Below are positions 62,740-64,000 of a DNA stretch of 64,000 bases, piece after piece. Under the pieces are notes generated by a model that was not told the origin of the DNA, did no database searches, and saw nothing but the letters and a program-made list of their open reading frames with translations. The position numbers and the translations under genes are program-made. This DNA comes from Eledone cirrhosa (lineage: Eukaryota). Position 1 is the stretch's first letter; every line of letters starts with the position of its first letter. The stretch is from contig OZ024743.1 of assembly GCA_964016885.1 (NCBI GenBank), positions 133,176,001-133,240,000 on the forward strand. Reading direction: 5' to 3'.

Positions 62740-64000
62740 GCTTGGTGCTTGGTGCTTGGTCTTTGGTGCTTGGAGTTTGGTGGTTGGTGCTTGGTGCTTG
62801 GTGTTTGGTGTTTGGTGTTTGCTGTTTGGTGTTTGCTGTTTGGTGTCTGCTTTTTGGTGTTTGGTGTTTGCTGTATGGTGTTTGCTGTTTCGTATTTGGT
62901 TTTTGCTGTTTGGTGTTTGGTGTTTGCTGTTTGCTGTTTGGTGTTTGGTGTTTGGTGCTTTGTGCTTGGTGCTTGGTGTTTGGTGTTTGGTGCTTGGTGC
63001 TTGGTGTTTGGTGCTTGGTGCTTGGTATTTGGTGTTCGGTGCTTGGTGCCTGGTGCTTGTTGTATGCTGTTTGGTGCCTGGTGCTTGGTGTTTGGTGTTT
63101 GGTGTTTGGTGCTTGGTGTCTGGTGTTTGGTGTTTGGTGTTTGGTGCTTGGTGCTTGGTGTTTGGGTTTTGCTGCTTGGTGCTTGGTGTTTGGTGTTTGG
63201 TGCTTGGTGTTTGGTGCTTGGTGTTTGGTGCTGAGTGCTTGGTGTTTTGTGCTTGGTGCGTGGTGCTTGGTGTTTGGTGTTTGGTGCTTGGTGCTTGGTG
63301 TTTGGTGTTTGATGCTTGGTGTTTGATGCTTGTTGCATGGTGCTTGGTGTTTGGTGCTTGGTGCCTGGTGCTTGGTGTTTGGTGCTTGGTGCTTGGTGCT
63401 TGGTGTTTGGTGCTTGGTATTTGGTGCTTGGTGCTTGGTGTTTGGTGCTTGGTGTTTGGTGCTTGGTGTTCGGTGCTTGGTGCTTGGTGTTTGGTGCTTG
63501 GTGTTAGGTGATTGGTGCTTGGTGCTTGGTGTTTTATGTTTGATCCTTGGTGCTTGGTGTTTGGTGCTTGGTGCTTGGTGTTTGGTGTTTGGTGCTTGGT
63601 GCCTGGTGCTTGTTGTATGCTGTTTGGTGCTTGGTGCTTGGTGTTTGGTGTTTGCTGCTTGTTGTCTGGTGTTTGGTGCTTGGTGTTTGGTGTTTGGTGC
63701 TTGGTGCTTGGTGCTTGGTATTTGGTGTTTGGTGCTTGGTGCTTGGTGTTTGTTGTTTGGTGCTGGGTGCTTGGAGTTTGGTTCTTGGTGCTTGGTGCTT
63801 AGTGCTTGGTGTTTGGTGTTTGGTGCTTGGTGTTGGGTGTTTGGTGTTTGATGCTTGGTGTGTGCTGCTTGGTGCTTGGTGCTTGGTGTTTTTTGTTTGG
63901 TGCTTGGTGCTTGGTGCCTGGTGCTTGGTGCTTGGTGCTTGTTGTTTGGTGCTTGGTGCTTGGTGATTAGTGTTTGGTGCTTGGTGCTTGGGGTTTGCTG

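Larger units (their letters stand above)
23737..64000 (-). repeat. Same 7-bp satellite in inverted orientation, + strand (YTTGGTG)n, about 5,750 units; runs off the right edge of the window
   Basis: Continuous CTTGGTG/TTTGGTG units, the exact reverse complement of the left-arm consensus, with the same variant classes (TTTGCTG, ATTGGTG, CTTGTTG, CCTGGTG). Confidence 0.99.
42300..64000 (-). repeat. Modular higher-order repeat domain: a few ~0.4-1.5 kb modules reused in shuffled order
   Basis: Matching ORF translations recur at offsets 5346, 5786-5849, 6117, 8975, 10368, 1393 and 4717. Recurrent markers are GTATGTAC, TTAAGTG, TTAGGTGATT, TTGATCC, CTGAGTG and GTATGCTG. Confidence 0.9.

Noticed and set aside
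300-63966. Hundreds of ORFs (WCLVLGA-type and TKHQAPS-type) as protein-coding genes
   Set aside because: They overlap in all frames on both strands, follow directly from a stop-free heptamer, have no unique domain, and start or stop wherever a variant unit happens to fall.
1-64000. CRISPR array or other repeat-spacer system
   Set aside because: There are no unique spacers and no 23-50 bp constant repeat. All variation is point change within 7-bp units.
23737-64000. G-quadruplex-forming array
   Set aside because: The consensus has only GG runs, and the GGG/GGGG variants are sparse and isolated. At most weak two-tier structures are possible.

Overview
The whole 64 kb window is one degenerate 7-bp satellite with no recognisable gene, RNA gene, transposon or unique sequence. 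Positions 1-23736 read (CACCAAR)n, with CACCAAA and CACCAAG interleaved. At a sharp, spacer-less junction (CACCAAG|CTTGGTG, centre 23736/23737) the array flips, and 23737-64000 read (YTTGGTG)n. Rare variant units act as markers that reveal layered higher-order structure: a ~1.5 kb period at the left end, near-identical tandem duplications of 3795, 4431, 1393, 440 and 224 bp, and a shuffled modular patchwork from ~42 kb to the end. The hundreds of ORFs are best read as a by-product, because the heptamer has no stop codon in any frame and encodes the same heptapeptide in all three frames of a strand. The scale suggests eukaryotic centromeric, pericentromeric or subtelomeric satellite, but the organism cannot be identified from this window. 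All coordinates and offsets were read by eye from the sequence and the ORF track and may be off by a few bases.
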